From Burkholderiales bacterium (GTDB taxonomy: Bacteria > Pseudomonadota > Gammaproteobacteria > Burkholderiales > SHXO01), in assembly GCA_035499005.1 (NCBI GenBank), contig DATJZQ010000009.1, forward strand, positions 5,792 through 69,791: a stretch of DNA of 64,000 nucleotides, given 5' to 3'. Numbering within the stretch: position 1 is the stretch's first letter; every line of letters starts with the position of its first letter. Both the position numbers and the translations under genes were made by a program. Positions 11,393 through 21,709 of the stretch are shown one piece after another. Under the pieces are notes generated by a model. The model saw only the letters and a program-made list of their open reading frames with translations. It was not told the DNA's origin and ran no database searches.

Positions 11393-12742
11393 TCATCGCA
11401 TTCCCGGGAGCATGCCGCGCATCGAGCGCATCATTTTCTGCATCCCGCCCTTGCTGATCATCTTCATCATCTTCTGCATCTGCTCGAATTGATTGAGCAG
11501 CCGGTTCACCTCCTGCACCGACACACCGGCGCCCGCCGCTACACGCCGCTTGCGCGAGGCTTTGATCAACTCGGGGCGAGCGCGTTCCGCCGGCGTCATG
11601 GAGTTGATAATGCCGATCGTGCGGTTGATTACCTTCTCGTCTACGTTGGCGCCTTGCGCGAGCTGCCCCAGCTGGGCCGGCAGCTTGTCCATCAGCGCGC
11701 CGAGCCCCCCCATCTTGCTCATCTGCTGCATTTGCGCCTTGAAGTCCTCCAGATCGAAACCCTTGCCGGCCTTGACCTTCTTGGCAAGCTTTTCCGCTTC
11801 CTCCAGGTCGACGCTGCGACGCGCCTCCTCGACCAAGCTCAGCACATCACCCATGCCGAGGATGCGTGAGGCCATGCGTTCGGGGTGAAACGCGTCAAGC
11901 GCATCGAGCTTCTCCCCGATCCCGGCGAACTTGATCGGTTTGCCCGTGACCTGGCGGACCGACAGCGCTGCGCCGCCGCGGGCGTCGCCATCCAGCTTCG
12001 TCAGCACGACCCCGGTCAGCGGCAACGCATCCGCAAACGCTTTCGCGACGTTGACTGCGTCCTGGCCCTGCATGGCGTCCACCACGAACAGCGTCTCGAC
12101 CGGTTTCAGGACGCCATGCAGCTGACGGATCTCCTGCATCATGGCTTGGTCCACAGCGAGCCGTCCTGCGGTGTCGACGATGACGACGTCGTAGTAGCGC
12201 TTGCGCGCGTGGTCGAGCGCGGCCTCTGCGATCGCGACTGGTTCGCGCTGCGTGCTCACCGGATAGAAGTCCACGCCGACCTGCGCCGCCAATGTCTGCA
12301 GTTGGTCGATCGCGGCGGGACGATACACGTCGCAGCTCACCAGCAGAACCTTCTTGTGCATGTCCTCGCGCAGCAGGCGCGCGAGTTTGCCGCTGGTCGT
12401 GGTCTTGCCAGAACCCTGCAGGCCAGCCATCAGGATCACAGCCGGGGGCACCGTCGCCAGATCGAGAGGCGCGTTGGCTTCGCCGAGCAGAGCGGTCAGC
12501 TCTTCGAACACGACACCGACCAAGGCTTGACCCGGCGTCAGACTGCCGATGACCTGCTGACCGAGCGCCCGCTCTTTGACCCTTGCGACGAAGTCTTTTA
12601 CCACCGGCAGTGCGGCGTCGGCTTCGAGCAGGGCAACGCGAACCTCGCGCAGCGCATCCTGAACATTAGACTCGGTCAGCCGCGCCTGACCGCGCAGCGT
12701 CTTGACCACTACAGAGAAGCGACGCGTGAGATTGTCGAACAT
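11393..12742 (-). CDS. ffh: Signal recognition particle protein Ffh
   Basis: NG domain (GLQGSGKTTTSGKLA, DTAGR, TKLDGDARGG) and a Met-rich M domain (MQKMMKMISKGGMQKMMRSMRGMLPGM). Confidence 0.97.
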   Translation of the reverse strand: MFDNLTRRFSVVVKTLRGQARLTESNVQDALREVRVALLEADAALPVVKDFVARVKERALGQQVIGSLTPGQALVGVVFEELTALLGEANAPLDLATVPPAVILMAGLQGSGKTTTSGKLARLLREDMHKKVLLVSCDVYRPAAIDQLQTLAAQVGVDFYPVSTQREPVAIAEAALDHARKRYYDVVIVDTAGRLAVDQAMMQEIRQLHGVLKPVETLFVVDAMQGQDAVNVAKAFADALPLTGVVLTKLDGDARGGAALSVRQVTGKPIKFAGIGEKLDALDAFHPERMASRILGMGDVLSLVEEARRSVDLEEAEKLAKKVKAGKGFDLEDFKAQMQQMSKMGGLGALMDKLPAQLGQLAQGANVDEKVINRTIGIINSMTPAERARPELIKASRKRRVAAGAGVSVQEVNRLLNQFEQMQKMMKMISKGGMQKMMRSMRGMLPGMR

Positions 12743-12778
12743 CGGCCGGCGCTGTCAGGGAGAAAACCGCAATAGCGG

Positions 12779-13621
12779 ATGAGTGTAGACTTGCATGACA
12801 CGCGTGCGCTTGCCGCCCACGCGAGTCCGATGCCGGGAATTCTACCTTATCTGCTTTGTTCGGCCCTCTATGCCGCGGTGGCCGGACTATTGGCGCGCGC
12901 GATGTCGCGGCCAGAGCACCACACTGCGCTCGGCCCTCGCGCACTGCACCTCGCCATCGCGTTGCCTTTCGCCCTGCATACTGCGCTGCTCTACCGGTCG
13001 GTTTTTTCCGACGGGCAGATGTTCCTCGGCGCGGGCAACGTGGTCTCGATGGTCATCTGGCTGACTGTCCTGATCTACTGGAGCGCCGGATTCATCCAGC
13101 GCCTGGAGGGGGTACAGGTCATGATCGCCGGTGCCGCGGCGGTGTTGCTCCTGACGCCGTTGGTGCTGCCTCCGCTGGCGCCGGTTGCGCACGCCGATGC
13201 GCCGGCGTTCCGCGCGCATCTGCTGATTGCGCTGTTGGCGTACAGCCTGTTCTTCATCGCGTTTCTGCAGGCGGTGATGATGGCGGTGCTGGAACGGCGC
13301 CTGCATGGCGCCCGCCTGCCTGCTTATCTGCAGTCGCTACCGCCGCTGCTGACGATCGAGCGGCTGTTGTTCAAGATCATCACGCTGGGCTTTGTCCTAC
13401 TGACGTTGACGCTAGGCAGCGGCATGCTGTTCTCCGAAGAGCTGGTGGGGCAGCCGCTCAAGCTCAACCAGAAGGTGGCGTTTGGCATCCTGTCGTGGTG
13501 CATCTATGCGGGATTACTGGCCGGGCGCCGCATCTACGGCTGGCGCGGTCGCGCCGCCCTGCGTTGGACGCTGGCAGGATTTGCCGCCCTCGTGCTCGTC
13601 GCGGCGGTGACCTCCCTGTGA
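12779..13621 (+). CDS. Cytochrome c assembly family inner-membrane protein (YpjD/CcsA-like)
   Basis: 280-aa polytopic membrane protein, divergent from ffh; ypjD neighbours ffh in the same way in E. coli. Confidence 0.75.
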   Translation: MSVDLHDTRALAAHASPMPGILPYLLCSALYAAVAGLLARAMSRPEHHTALGPRALHLAIALPFALHTALLYRSVFSDGQMFLGAGNVVSMVIWLTVLIYWSAGFIQRLEGVQVMIAGAAAVLLLTPLVLPPLAPVAHADAPAFRAHLLIALLAYSLFFIAFLQAVMMAVLERRLHGARLPAYLQSLPPLLTIERLLFKIITLGFVLLTLTLGSGMLFSEELVGQPLKLNQKVAFGILSWCIYAGLLAGRRIYGWRGRAALRWTLAGFAALVLVAAVTSL

Positions 13622-13680
13622 TCGGCCCCGCGTTGCGTCCCGCTCGTGAGCCTGTGTTTGTCCGTGCGAGGTGAGCTCCC

Positions 13681-14949
13681 TTGGACGAGATCCCGCTGCA
13701 GTCGCTGCTGGTCACATTCTTCGTACTGCTGATCGTTTCCGCGTTCTTCTCCATCTCCGAAACCAGCATGATGGCGTTGAACCGCTATCGGCTGAGGCAC
13801 CTTGCCGCCACCGGCAATCGCGGTGCGAGGTTGACGACGCAGTTGCTGCAGCAGACCGACAAGCTGCTGGGTGTGGTCCTGCTCGGCAACAACCTAGTCA
13901 ACACCGCAGCGGCATCGCTCGCCACCGTCATCGCTTTCCGCGTGCTGGGGGAAAGCGAGCTCGGTCTCGCTATCGCCACCGGCGTGGCGGCCTTCTTCAT
14001 CGTCGTATTCAGCGAGGTCACGCCCAAAGTGATCGGCGCTTCCTACCCCGAGCGCATCGCGTTCCCGGCCGCATACGTGCTCGCGCCGCTGCTGCGCTTC
14101 GTCTATCCACTCGTGTGGTTCGTGAATCTGTTTGTCAAAGGCCTTTTGTCGCTGCTTCGCCTGCAGCCGCCGGCGGGGGAAGCGAGCGTCCTCAGCCTCG
14201 AGGAGTTGCGCACGTTGGTGCTGGAAGGCGGGCGCTTTCTCCCGCCCAAGCACCAGAAGATCCTGCTCAATCTTTTCGATCTGCAGTCGATAACCGTGGA
14301 TGATTTGATGACCCCTCGCAGCCAGATCGAGGCGGTCGATATCGACTCACCTCCCGAGGAACTCGGACGCCAGGTCAGCAGCAGCAACCACACGCGCCTG
14401 CCGGTGTACCGAGGGAGTCTGGACAACATCATCGGTATCCTGCATGTGAGGAAGGTCCTCAATCTCGGCGCTGACGACATACGCTCGGAGACCCTCACTC
14501 AGATCATGCGGCCCCCGTACTTCATTCCGGTTGGCACACCGCTGCTCGCCCAGCTGCAGCATTTTCAGGAGGAGGAGGAACGCCTCGGATTGGTTGTGGA
14601 CGAATACGGCGAGCTGATGGGATTGATCACACTCGAGGATATCCTGGAGGAAATCATCGGCGAGTTCACCACCCATTCCCCGCTGGAAGCCGGTGGCATC
14701 ACCCGCCAGCCCGACGGCAGTGTCCTGGCCGAAGGCGTGACCCCGCTGCGCGAACTCAACCGAAAGCTCGGGACCGGCTTCCTGTTAGACGGCCCGAAGA
14801 CTCTGAACGGGCTGATTCTGGAGCACCTAGAGGACATCCCGGAGCCCGGCACGATGCTCAAGATCGGCGACGTTCCGATCGAGATTGTTCAAACGCAGGA
14901 CCGAGCGGTCCGCTCCGCGCGAATCCATCCGCCGAAGCGAGCGAACTAG
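13681..14949 (+). CDS. HlyC/CorC-family transporter (CNNM/DUF21 + CBS pair + CorC_HlyC domains)
   Basis: N-terminal TM DUF21 segment (FFSISETSMMALNRYRLRHLA), a CBS region, and a C-terminal transporter-associated domain. TTG start as given by the track. Confidence 0.85.
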   Translation: MDEIPLQSLLVTFFVLLIVSAFFSISETSMMALNRYRLRHLAATGNRGARLTTQLLQQTDKLLGVVLLGNNLVNTAAASLATVIAFRVLGESELGLAIATGVAAFFIVVFSEVTPKVIGASYPERIAFPAAYVLAPLLRFVYPLVWFVNLFVKGLLSLLRLQPPAGEASVLSLEELRTLVLEGGRFLPPKHQKILLNLFDLQSITVDDLMTPRSQIEAVDIDSPPEELGRQVSSSNHTRLPVYRGSLDNIIGILHVRKVLNLGADDIRSETLTQIMRPPYFIPVGTPLLAQLQHFQEEEERLGLVVDEYGELMGLITLEDILEEIIGEFTTHSPLEAGGITRQPDGSVLAEGVTPLRELNRKLGTGFLLDGPKTLNGLILEHLEDIPEPGTMLKIGDVPIEIVQTQDRAVRSARIHPPKRAN

Positions 14950-15010
14950 CGGGAGCGCGGACCGAGTCGCCCCCGACGGCCCTCCGCTCCAATCCATGGT
15001 ACGACACTAA

Positions 15011-16726
15011 ATGGTTGTTGCAGCAACACAAAGTCAGCTTTCGGGGCTCGGCCGTGCCATGGTCCAGAAAGGTCTGCTGGCGGAACGCGAGGCGGAGCAG
15101 CTACAGGCTAAGGCCAACGAAGCCGGGGTGACCTTCGTCGAAGAGCTGGTGTCCGGGAAGCGATTCGGGGAAGCCGAGGTCGCAGAGTTCGCGGCACAGA
15201 CGTTCGGATTCCCTCTGATCGACCTCGCCGCGTTCGAACCCGACCACCTCCCGGTCAAGTTCATCGACGCCAAAGCCCTGCAGGGCCGGCGGGCCCTTCC
15301 GCTCTACCAGCGCGGCAATCGCCTGTTCGTGGCCATCTCCGACCCCACCAACCGGACGGCGATGGACCAGATCAAGTTCCAGACGGGGCTCCACATCGAG
15401 CCGGTCGTCGTGGAGGACAGCAAGCTTGGCGCTGTAATCGGTAAGCTGCTGACCGCCGCCGGTGTCAATCTCAAGGAGCTGGCCGACGAGGAGATGACCG
15501 CCGACCTGACCGAGGCCGACAACCAGCCCCTGGTGGAAGTGCCGACGGTCGAAATCGACGACGCGCCCGTCGTTCGCTATATCCAGAAGATTCTTCTCGA
15601 CGCGATCCAGGCCGGCGCCTCCGACATTCATTTCGAGCCCTACGAGAAGGTCTACCGCATCCGCTACCGCATCGACGGCGAGCTGTACGAGATTGCCACC
15701 CCGCCGCTGGCGATCAAAGAGAAGGTCGCATCGCGCATCAAGGTGATATCCCGCCTCGACATATCAGAGAAGCGCGTGCCCCAGGACGGGCGCATGAAAC
15801 TGGTCATGGCGAAGAACCGAGCGATCGACTTCCGGGTGAGCACCCTGCCAACGCTGTTCGGCGAGAAGCTGGTGCTGCGCGTTTTGGACGCGTCCAGCGC
15901 CACGCTCGGAATCGAGGCTCTGGGCTACGAACCGGAGCAGAAAGACGCCCTGATGCACGCCATCAGCCGCCCCTACGGCATGATCCTGGTGACCGGTCCC
16001 ACCGGGTCGGGCAAAACGGTCTCGCTGTACACCTGCCTGAATATCCTCAATCAGCCCGGGATCAACATCTCGACCGCCGAGGATCCTGCTGAAATCAATC
16101 TGCCCGGCATCAACCAGGTCAACATGAATGAGAAGGCTGGCCTGACTTTTGCGGTGGCCCTCAAGGCGTTTCTGCGTCAGGACCCGGACATCATCATGGT
16201 GGGGGAGATCCGCGACCTGGAAACGGGTGAGATTGCGATCAAGGCGGCGCAAACCGGGCATCTGGTGCTGTCTACGTTGCATACGAACGACGCGCCCACC
16301 ACCCTGACTCGAATGATGAACATGGGCATTGCGCCCTTCAACATCGCGACTTCGGTGAATCTGATCACGGCCCAACGCCTGGCCCGCCGCCTGTGCCCAA
16401 GCTGTAAACGGCCGGCAGACGTACCCAAGCCGGCCCTGCTGCGCGCCGGCTTTACCGAGCGCGAACTGGACGGCAGCTGGCAGCCTTATACGCGTGGCGG
16501 CTGCGAGGCCTGTAACGACACGGGATACAAGGGACGCATGGGCATATACCAGGTGATGCCCGTCAGCGAAGCCATCAACCGCATCATCATGCAGAACGGC
16601 AATGCAATCGATATCGCGCAACAGGCCCGGCGCGAGGGCGTCAAGGACCTGCGTCAATCCGGCCTGCTCAAGGTCAGGCAGGGCGTAACCTCCCTCGAGG
16701 AGGTGGAAGCGGTGACTAACGAATAG
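15011..16726 (+). CDS. pilB: Type IV pilus assembly ATPase PilB (GspE family)
   Basis: Walker A GPTGSGKT, Asp box, Walker B IIMVGEIRD, tetracysteine motif (CPSC...CEAC). Followed by pilC and pilD. Confidence 0.94.
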   Translation: MVVAATQSQLSGLGRAMVQKGLLAEREAEQLQAKANEAGVTFVEELVSGKRFGEAEVAEFAAQTFGFPLIDLAAFEPDHLPVKFIDAKALQGRRALPLYQRGNRLFVAISDPTNRTAMDQIKFQTGLHIEPVVVEDSKLGAVIGKLLTAAGVNLKELADEEMTADLTEADNQPLVEVPTVEIDDAPVVRYIQKILLDAIQAGASDIHFEPYEKVYRIRYRIDGELYEIATPPLAIKEKVASRIKVISRLDISEKRVPQDGRMKLVMAKNRAIDFRVSTLPTLFGEKLVLRVLDASSATLGIEALGYEPEQKDALMHAISRPYGMILVTGPTGSGKTVSLYTCLNILNQPGINISTAEDPAEINLPGINQVNMNEKAGLTFAVALKAFLRQDPDIIMVGEIRDLETGEIAIKAAQTGHLVLSTLHTNDAPTTLTRMMNMGIAPFNIATSVNLITAQRLARRLCPSCKRPADVPKPALLRAGFTERELDGSWQPYTRGGCEACNDTGYKGRMGIYQVMPVSEAINRIIMQNGNAIDIAQQARREGVKDLRQSGLLKVRQGVTSLEEVEAVTNE

Positions 16727-16745
16727 GCTCGAGAGGAAATCGAAT

Positions 16746-17978
16746 ATGGCAACGGCAACCGCAACCACCTCCGTGCGGCGCGAGGTCAAGGAGTACACCT
16801 ACTCGTGGGAAGGTCGCGACCGCGGTGGAAAAATTCTGAAAGGCGAGATGCGCGCCAGCGGCGAGGCGGTGGTGCAATCCCTGCTGCGCCGCCAGGGGAT
16901 CTCCGTCCTCAAGGTCAAACGGCAGCGCGCCGGTCTGGGCGGGAAGATCACCGAGAAAGACATCACGCTCTTCACCCGCCAGCTGGCGACGATGATGAAA
17001 GCGGGTGTGCCGCTGCTGCAGGCATTCGATATCGTTGGCAAAGGGCACGCGAATCCAGCCGTGGGCCGCCTCTTGCTGGACGTCAAGACCGAGGTGGAAA
17101 CCGGCAGTGCTCTGGCGACCGCATTCCGCAAGTATCCGCTGTACTTCGACGCGCTGTTCTGCAACCTCGTGGCGGCCGGCGAAGCAGCCGGTATTCTGGA
17201 TGGCCTGCTCGATCGACTGGCGACCTATAAGGAGAAGATCCTCGCCATCAAGAGCAAGATCAAGTCGGCGCTGTTCTACCCTATCTCCGTGATCGTGGTG
17301 GCCTTCATCATCACCGCGGTGATCATGATTTTCGTGATTCCCGCCTTCAAGGACCTGTTCTCGAGCTTCGGGGCCGACCTGCCCGGCCCGACGCTGTTCG
17401 TGATGGCGCTGTCCGACGGGTTCGTCAAGTACTGGTATCTGATCTTTGGAGGCCTCGGCTTCGGGCTGTGGTTCTTCTTCTATACATGGAAACGTTCAGT
17501 CAAGATGCAAGCCTCGATGGACCGGATGTTCTTGAGGCTGCCCGTGTTCGGCGACATCTTCCGCAAAGCAACCATAGCGCGCTGGACCCGCACGCTTGCC
17601 ACCATGTTCGCTGCCGGCGTGCCGCTGGTGGAAGCGCTGGACTCGGTCGGGGGCGCGTCCGGCAACTACGTGTACGTCCAGGCAACCAAGAAGATCCAGC
17701 AGGAAGTGAGCACAGGCACCAGCCTGACCACGGCCATGCAGAACAGCAACGTCTTCCCGAGCATGGTGGTCCAGATGGTGGCCATCGGCGAGGAGTCGGG
17801 CTCGCTGGATGCCATGCTCAGCAAGGTCGCGGACTTCTATGAGGCCGAGGTAGACGATGCGGTGGAAGCTCTCTCCAGCCTCATGGAGCCCATGATCATG
17901 GTGGTGCTGGGTACGCTCATCGGCGGGATGGTCATCGCCATGTACCTGCCGATCTTCAAGATGGGCCAGGCCGTCTAG
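16746..17978 (+). CDS. pilC: Type IV pilus platform protein PilC (GspF family)
   Basis: 410 aa with two GspF repeats (FTRQLATMMKAGVPLLQAFDIV and WTRTLATMFAAGVPLVEALDSV). Confidence 0.94.
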   Translation: MATATATTSVRREVKEYTYSWEGRDRGGKILKGEMRASGEAVVQSLLRRQGISVLKVKRQRAGLGGKITEKDITLFTRQLATMMKAGVPLLQAFDIVGKGHANPAVGRLLLDVKTEVETGSALATAFRKYPLYFDALFCNLVAAGEAAGILDGLLDRLATYKEKILAIKSKIKSALFYPISVIVVAFIITAVIMIFVIPAFKDLFSSFGADLPGPTLFVMALSDGFVKYWYLIFGGLGFGLWFFFYTWKRSVKMQASMDRMFLRLPVFGDIFRKATIARWTRTLATMFAAGVPLVEALDSVGGASGNYVYVQATKKIQQEVSTGTSLTTAMQNSNVFPSMVVQMVAIGEESGSLDAMLSKVADFYEAEVDDAVEALSSLMEPMIMVVLGTLIGGMVIAMYLPIFKMGQAV

Positions 17979-18131
17979 AGCGCGCTTGGGACCCCTGTCT
18001 GCGCCGGCGAGACGTCGAAGCTCCCGGCCGTGGCCAGGTGGCGTCCTGCACCGCTGTTCCGGGCACCCTGTTCTTTTCATCGCCAGCGGCGCACAGTGGC
18101 TAAGCTGTAGGCGCCACCCCTCCCGCTGGAC

Positions 18132-19103
18132 TTGACCATGCTCGAGACCGTCAGCGCGCCGTCCCTGTTTCCATGGCTCACCCTGCTGCTTGGTTTGATG
18201 GTGGGCAGCTTCTTGAACGTTGTCGTACATCGCCTGCCGCGTATGCTGAGCCGGGAATGGCGAGCGCAAGCGCTGGACGTGATCGATGAGTGGGCTCAGG
18301 AAGGCGATGCGCCGGGGATGGTGCGGCGATCCGCCGACGCTCTGGGCGATGTACGCCAGTTGCTCCGCGAGGCGCCGCGCTTCAACTTGGGAGTGCCGCG
18401 CTCAGCGTGCCCGCGCTGCGGATACAAGATCACGGCGCTGCAGAATATCCCAGTAGTGAGTTGGCTGTGGCTGCGCGGCCGCTGCAAAGGTTGTGGCGCC
18501 GCCATCAGCAGACGCTATCCTGTCGTGGAAGGGATTACGGGTCTGCTGTCCGGCTACATCGCCTGGCGCTTCGGCTTCTCTCTCGCGACTGCAGCCGCGC
18601 TCGTCTTCTGCTGGGCGATGATCGCCGCTACGTTCATCGACCTCGACACGATGTACCTTCCGGACGACATTACGCTGCCGCTGCTATGGCTTGGTCTGCT
18701 CGTTAACCTCGCCGCAGGCGCAGTTCCCGATCTGTTCTTTCCCGCTCACACTCAGTCTCCTCTTCCTCTGCCCGGACGGCTCGATTACGCCGTCATCGGC
18801 GCAGCGGCGGGTTATCTTTCGCTGTGGTCGGTGTACTGGATCTTCAAGCTCGCCACGGGCAAAGAGGGGATGGGATTCGGCGACTTCAAACTGCTTGCGG
18901 CTATCGGCGCCTGGTTTGGGTGGGTCAGCTTGCTCCCAGTCGTGCTGATCTCGTCCATGGTTGGCGCGCTGATCGGCATCAGCCTGATCCTGCTGCGCAA
19001 GCACGCGAGGGAGAAACCGATCCCGTTTGGACCCTATCTCGCGTCGGCCGGGCTAATCTATATGTTCTTCGGACGACAGCTGGCTGCCTACGTGTTCGGA
19101 TGA
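18132..19103 (+). CDS. pilD: Prepilin leader peptidase / N-methyltransferase PilD
   Basis: N-terminal Cys pairs (CPRCGYKI...CKGCGAAI), the catalytic Asp region (FIDLDTMYLPDD) and GMGFGDFKLLAAIGAW. The start is either the TTG at 18132 or the ATG at 18138. Confidence 0.93.
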   Translation: MTMLETVSAPSLFPWLTLLLGLMVGSFLNVVVHRLPRMLSREWRAQALDVIDEWAQEGDAPGMVRRSADALGDVRQLLREAPRFNLGVPRSACPRCGYKITALQNIPVVSWLWLRGRCKGCGAAISRRYPVVEGITGLLSGYIAWRFGFSLATAAALVFCWAMIAATFIDLDTMYLPDDITLPLLWLGLLVNLAAGAVPDLFFPAHTQSPLPLPGRLDYAVIGAAAGYLSLWSVYWIFKLATGKEGMGFGDFKLLAAIGAWFGWVSLLPVVLISSMVGALIGISLILLRKHAREKPIPFGPYLASAGLIYMFFGRQLAAYVFG

Positions 19104-19705
19104 GGTTGATCGTCGGTGTGACGGGGGGTATCGGATCGGGCAAGAGCACCGCGGCCCGCCTGTTTCAGCAACGTGGCGCCGACTTGGTAGATACCGACGC
19201 GATAGCGCACGACCTGACCCGACCCGGGCAATCGGCCTTGGACCAGATCGCTGCCGCGTTTGGGACGCGCTTCCTCGCACCGGACGGTAGTCTGGACCGA
19301 ACCAAGCTGCGCGACCATGTCTTCGCCAACCCCACTGCGCGCAGCACGCTGGAGGCGATCCTGCACCCCATGATCACGCGCGAGGTGCAACAGCGTCTGC
19401 GTAAGAGCACTGGCCCCTATGTGCTCCTGTTGGTGCCACTCCTGGTAGAAACTGGCGGCTATCGCGACCTGGTTCAGCGCGTGCTGGTCGTCGACTGTGA
19501 CGAAAACCTCCAAGTCCAGCGTGCGATGCAGCGCAGCGGGTTGACCGAAGCGGGAGTGCGTGCGGTGATGCGGGCACAGGTGACGCGTGGTGAGCGGTTG
19601 GCCGCGGCGGATGACGTAATCCGAAACGACGGCAGCCTGGAAGAGCTTGACAGGCAAGTCGACGCGCTCGACACGCGGTACCGCACCATCGCGGACGCTG
19701 GGTGA
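19100..19705 (+). CDS. coaE: Dephospho-CoA kinase CoaE
   Basis: MRLIVGVTGGIGSGKSTAARLF (P-loop). The ATG overlaps the pilD stop (ATGA). The track ORF from 18824 is an upstream extension. Confidence 0.93.
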   Translation: MRLIVGVTGGIGSGKSTAARLFQQRGADLVDTDAIAHDLTRPGQSALDQIAAAFGTRFLAPDGSLDRTKLRDHVFANPTARSTLEAILHPMITREVQQRLRKSTGPYVLLLVPLLVETGGYRDLVQRVLVVDCDENLQVQRAMQRSGLTEAGVRAVMRAQVTRGERLAAADDVIRNDGSLEELDRQVDALDTRYRTIADAG

Positions 19706-19740
19706 ACCGCCTTGCTCGAAAAGACGGCGGGTTTATTTTT
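19705..19740 (+). terminator. Possible weak rho-independent terminator after coaE
   Basis: aaccgcc ... ggcgggtt forms a short GC stem with a long loop, followed by TTTATTTTT. Confidence 0.4.
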
Positions 19741-19791
19741 GCGCGAATTTGCGCAATACTCACATAAGTCCCGCTTCCGCCCGCCCGCGCT

Positions 19792-20544
19792 GTGATCAGC
19801 TACGAATTCCCGCTGAACGAGCGAATCCGCACCCTGCTGCGCATGGAGGCCCTCTATGAGCGGGTGCATTTCTTCACGAGCAAGGAGCAACCGCTCGAGC
19901 ACCATGCGGCCTTGCTCTCATTGTTCGAAATACTCGACGTAGCGGGCCGTGCCGATCTCAAGTCCGAAATGATGCAGGAGCTCGAACGCCAGAAGCAGAC
20001 CCTGTCGGCGCTGCGCAGCAACCCAGCGATCTCGGAGCAGGCGTTGAGCGGCGTCTTGCAGGACATCGACAAGGCCGTGTCGGATCTGTTCCAGACCTCG
20101 GGTAAGACGGGCCAGGAGTTGCGCGAGAACGACTGGCTGATGGGCATCAAGCAGCGCACGGCCATTCCCGGCGGTGTGTGTGAGTTCGATCTACCCTCCT
20201 ACCACTACTGGCTGCATCAGCGACCTGACGCGCGCCGTAGCGACCTTGAGAGCTGGCTGGCGCCGTTTCTGCCGATGCAAGACGGCATCAGCATCATCCT
20301 GCGCATCCTGCGCGAGAGCGGGCGCACCAACCAGCAGCTTGCGGCGCAGGGCGTCTACCAGCAGATGATGGGCGGGCGCGTTGCACAGCTCATCCGCCTG
20401 CGTCTCGACGACCAGTATGACTGTGTCCCCGAGGTGAGCGCCAACAAGTATGCGCTCAACATTCGCTTCACCCTGGCCGGCGACAATCAGCGGCGTGTGG
20501 CGCAGACGGACATCCCGTTCGAGCTGACCTTCTGCAATCTGTGA
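19792..20544 (+). CDS. zapD: Cell division protein ZapD
   Basis: [24 protein letters not shown] resembles the ZapD/YacF N-terminus. Conserved coaE-zapD-yacG order. Confidence 0.88.
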   Translation: MISYEFPLNERIRTLLRMEALYERVHFFTSKEQPLEHHAALLSLFEILDVAGRADLKSEMMQELERQKQTLSALRSNPAISEQALSGVLQDIDKAVSDLFQTSGKTGQELRENDWLMGIKQRTAIPGGVCEFDLPSYHYWLHQRPDARRSDLESWLAPFLPMQDGISIILRILRESGRTNQQLAAQGVYQQMMGGRVAQLIRLRLDDQYDCVPEVSANKYALNIRFTLAGDNQRRVAQTDIPFELTFCNL

Positions 20545-20738
20545 TGGCTGGGGCTACCGATCCGCGGCTGGTGAGTTGCCCGCAGTGCGGCCGTCTCACT
20601 CCGTGGAATCCGTCGAATACCTATCGACCGTTCTGCTCTGAGCGCTGCAAGATGGTCGACCTGGGACAGTGGGCGACGGAAGCTTACCGGATCGCGGCCA
20701 CGGAAACCGACCCCGACCAGCCTGAAGGGAACGGCTGA
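20544..20738 (+). CDS. yacG: DNA gyrase inhibitor YacG (zinc-ribbon protein)
   Basis: [39 protein letters not shown]. The ATG at 20544 overlaps the zapD stop (TGATG). Confidence 0.9.
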   Translation: MAGATDPRLVSCPQCGRLTPWNPSNTYRPFCSERCKMVDLGQWATEAYRIAATETDPDQPEGNG

Positions 20739-21709
20739 GGGTCGTCGGCCCACCAGGCGCCGCGCACCATCGCAACACCCTGCGCGCCCGCGCGGCAGGC
20801 CATGCACAAGTGGCGCAGCGTCATCCCCCCTACGGCGTAGACCGGCAAAGGATAGTCTCGCAGCAGCGACGCGAAGGCTTCCCAGCCCAGAAGCGCTGCA
20901 CGAGGATGGCTGGTTGTGTGCTGCACCGGTCCGAGCACGACGTAGTCGACGCCCAGGGCCGCAGCGCGGTCGAGCTCCAGCGCATTGTGGCACGATGCCC
21001 CGCACCATCGCAGGTCGGCCCGCCCCGAACAGCGTAGCAGCTGCGCCGACGGCAGGTGGACGCCGTCCATACCCCAGTCACGCGCCAACTGTTCGTCGCC
21101 GTTGAGCACCGCAATAGCTCCGGCACCCGCACAGCGGCGCTGCACTTCACCGACAAATGTACGCAGACGGTCCTGCGGCATTGTCTTCTCTCGGATCATC
21201 ACCATGCGCAGGCCGCGGGCGAGCGCGGCGTCGAGGCGATCGAGCGCAGCGCGCTCACCGCGTTCCCAGGCGTCGGTAATGCCGAGCACCGGCGGCAACG
21301 CCAGTGCGCGCAGCACAGGCCCATTGGCGGGCAGCACGGGAGCCACGCTGATCGCGTCCAACCGCTGCCAGCTGAGCGCCTGAGCCTCGCGTGAGTGTGG
21401 TCTGCCGTTCCATCCAAGCACGCGAAAGAATCTGAGACGAACGTGAGCGTGCGCGTAGATATGTTGGCGCACGATCCACGGCTGCACGCGAGTGACTTCG
21501 ATCCCCAGTTCTTCCTGCAGCTCGCGCACGAGCGCGGCTTCGGCTGCCTCGCCAGGCTCCACCTTGCCACCCGGGAACTCCCAGTAGCCGGCATAGGGCT
21601 TTCCCTCGGGGCGCTGAGTCAGCAGAAACGTGCTCTCGCTCGATAGCATCACCCCTGCTGCCACCTCGACCGGCCGCGTGCTCGCCGAGGGTGCCATCTC
21701 GGCGCTCAC
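20684..21709 (-). CDS. Nudix hydrolase (MutT-like) fused to a thiamine-phosphate-synthase-like (ThiE/TenI fold) domain
   Basis: N-terminal Nudix box [30 protein letters not shown]. The C-terminal ~200 aa resemble the TMP-synthase fold ([30 protein letters not shown]). The start is the GTG at 21709 (GTGA overlap with the upstream stop) or the ATG at 21697. Confidence 0.85.
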   Translation of the reverse strand: MSAEMAPSASTRPVEVAAGVMLSSESTFLLTQRPEGKPYAGYWEFPGGKVEPGEAAEAALVRELQEELGIEVTRVQPWIVRQHIYAHAHVRLRFFRVLGWNGRPHSREAQALSWQRLDAISVAPVLPANGPVLRALALPPVLGITDAWERGERAALDRLDAALARGLRMVMIREKTMPQDRLRTFVGEVQRRCAGAGAIAVLNGDEQLARDWGMDGVHLPSAQLLRCSGRADLRWCGASCHNALELDRAAALGVDYVVLGPVQHTTSHPRAALLGWEAFASLLRDYPLPVYAVGGMTLRHLCMACRAGAQGVAMVRGAWWADDPQPFPSGWSGSVSVAAIR

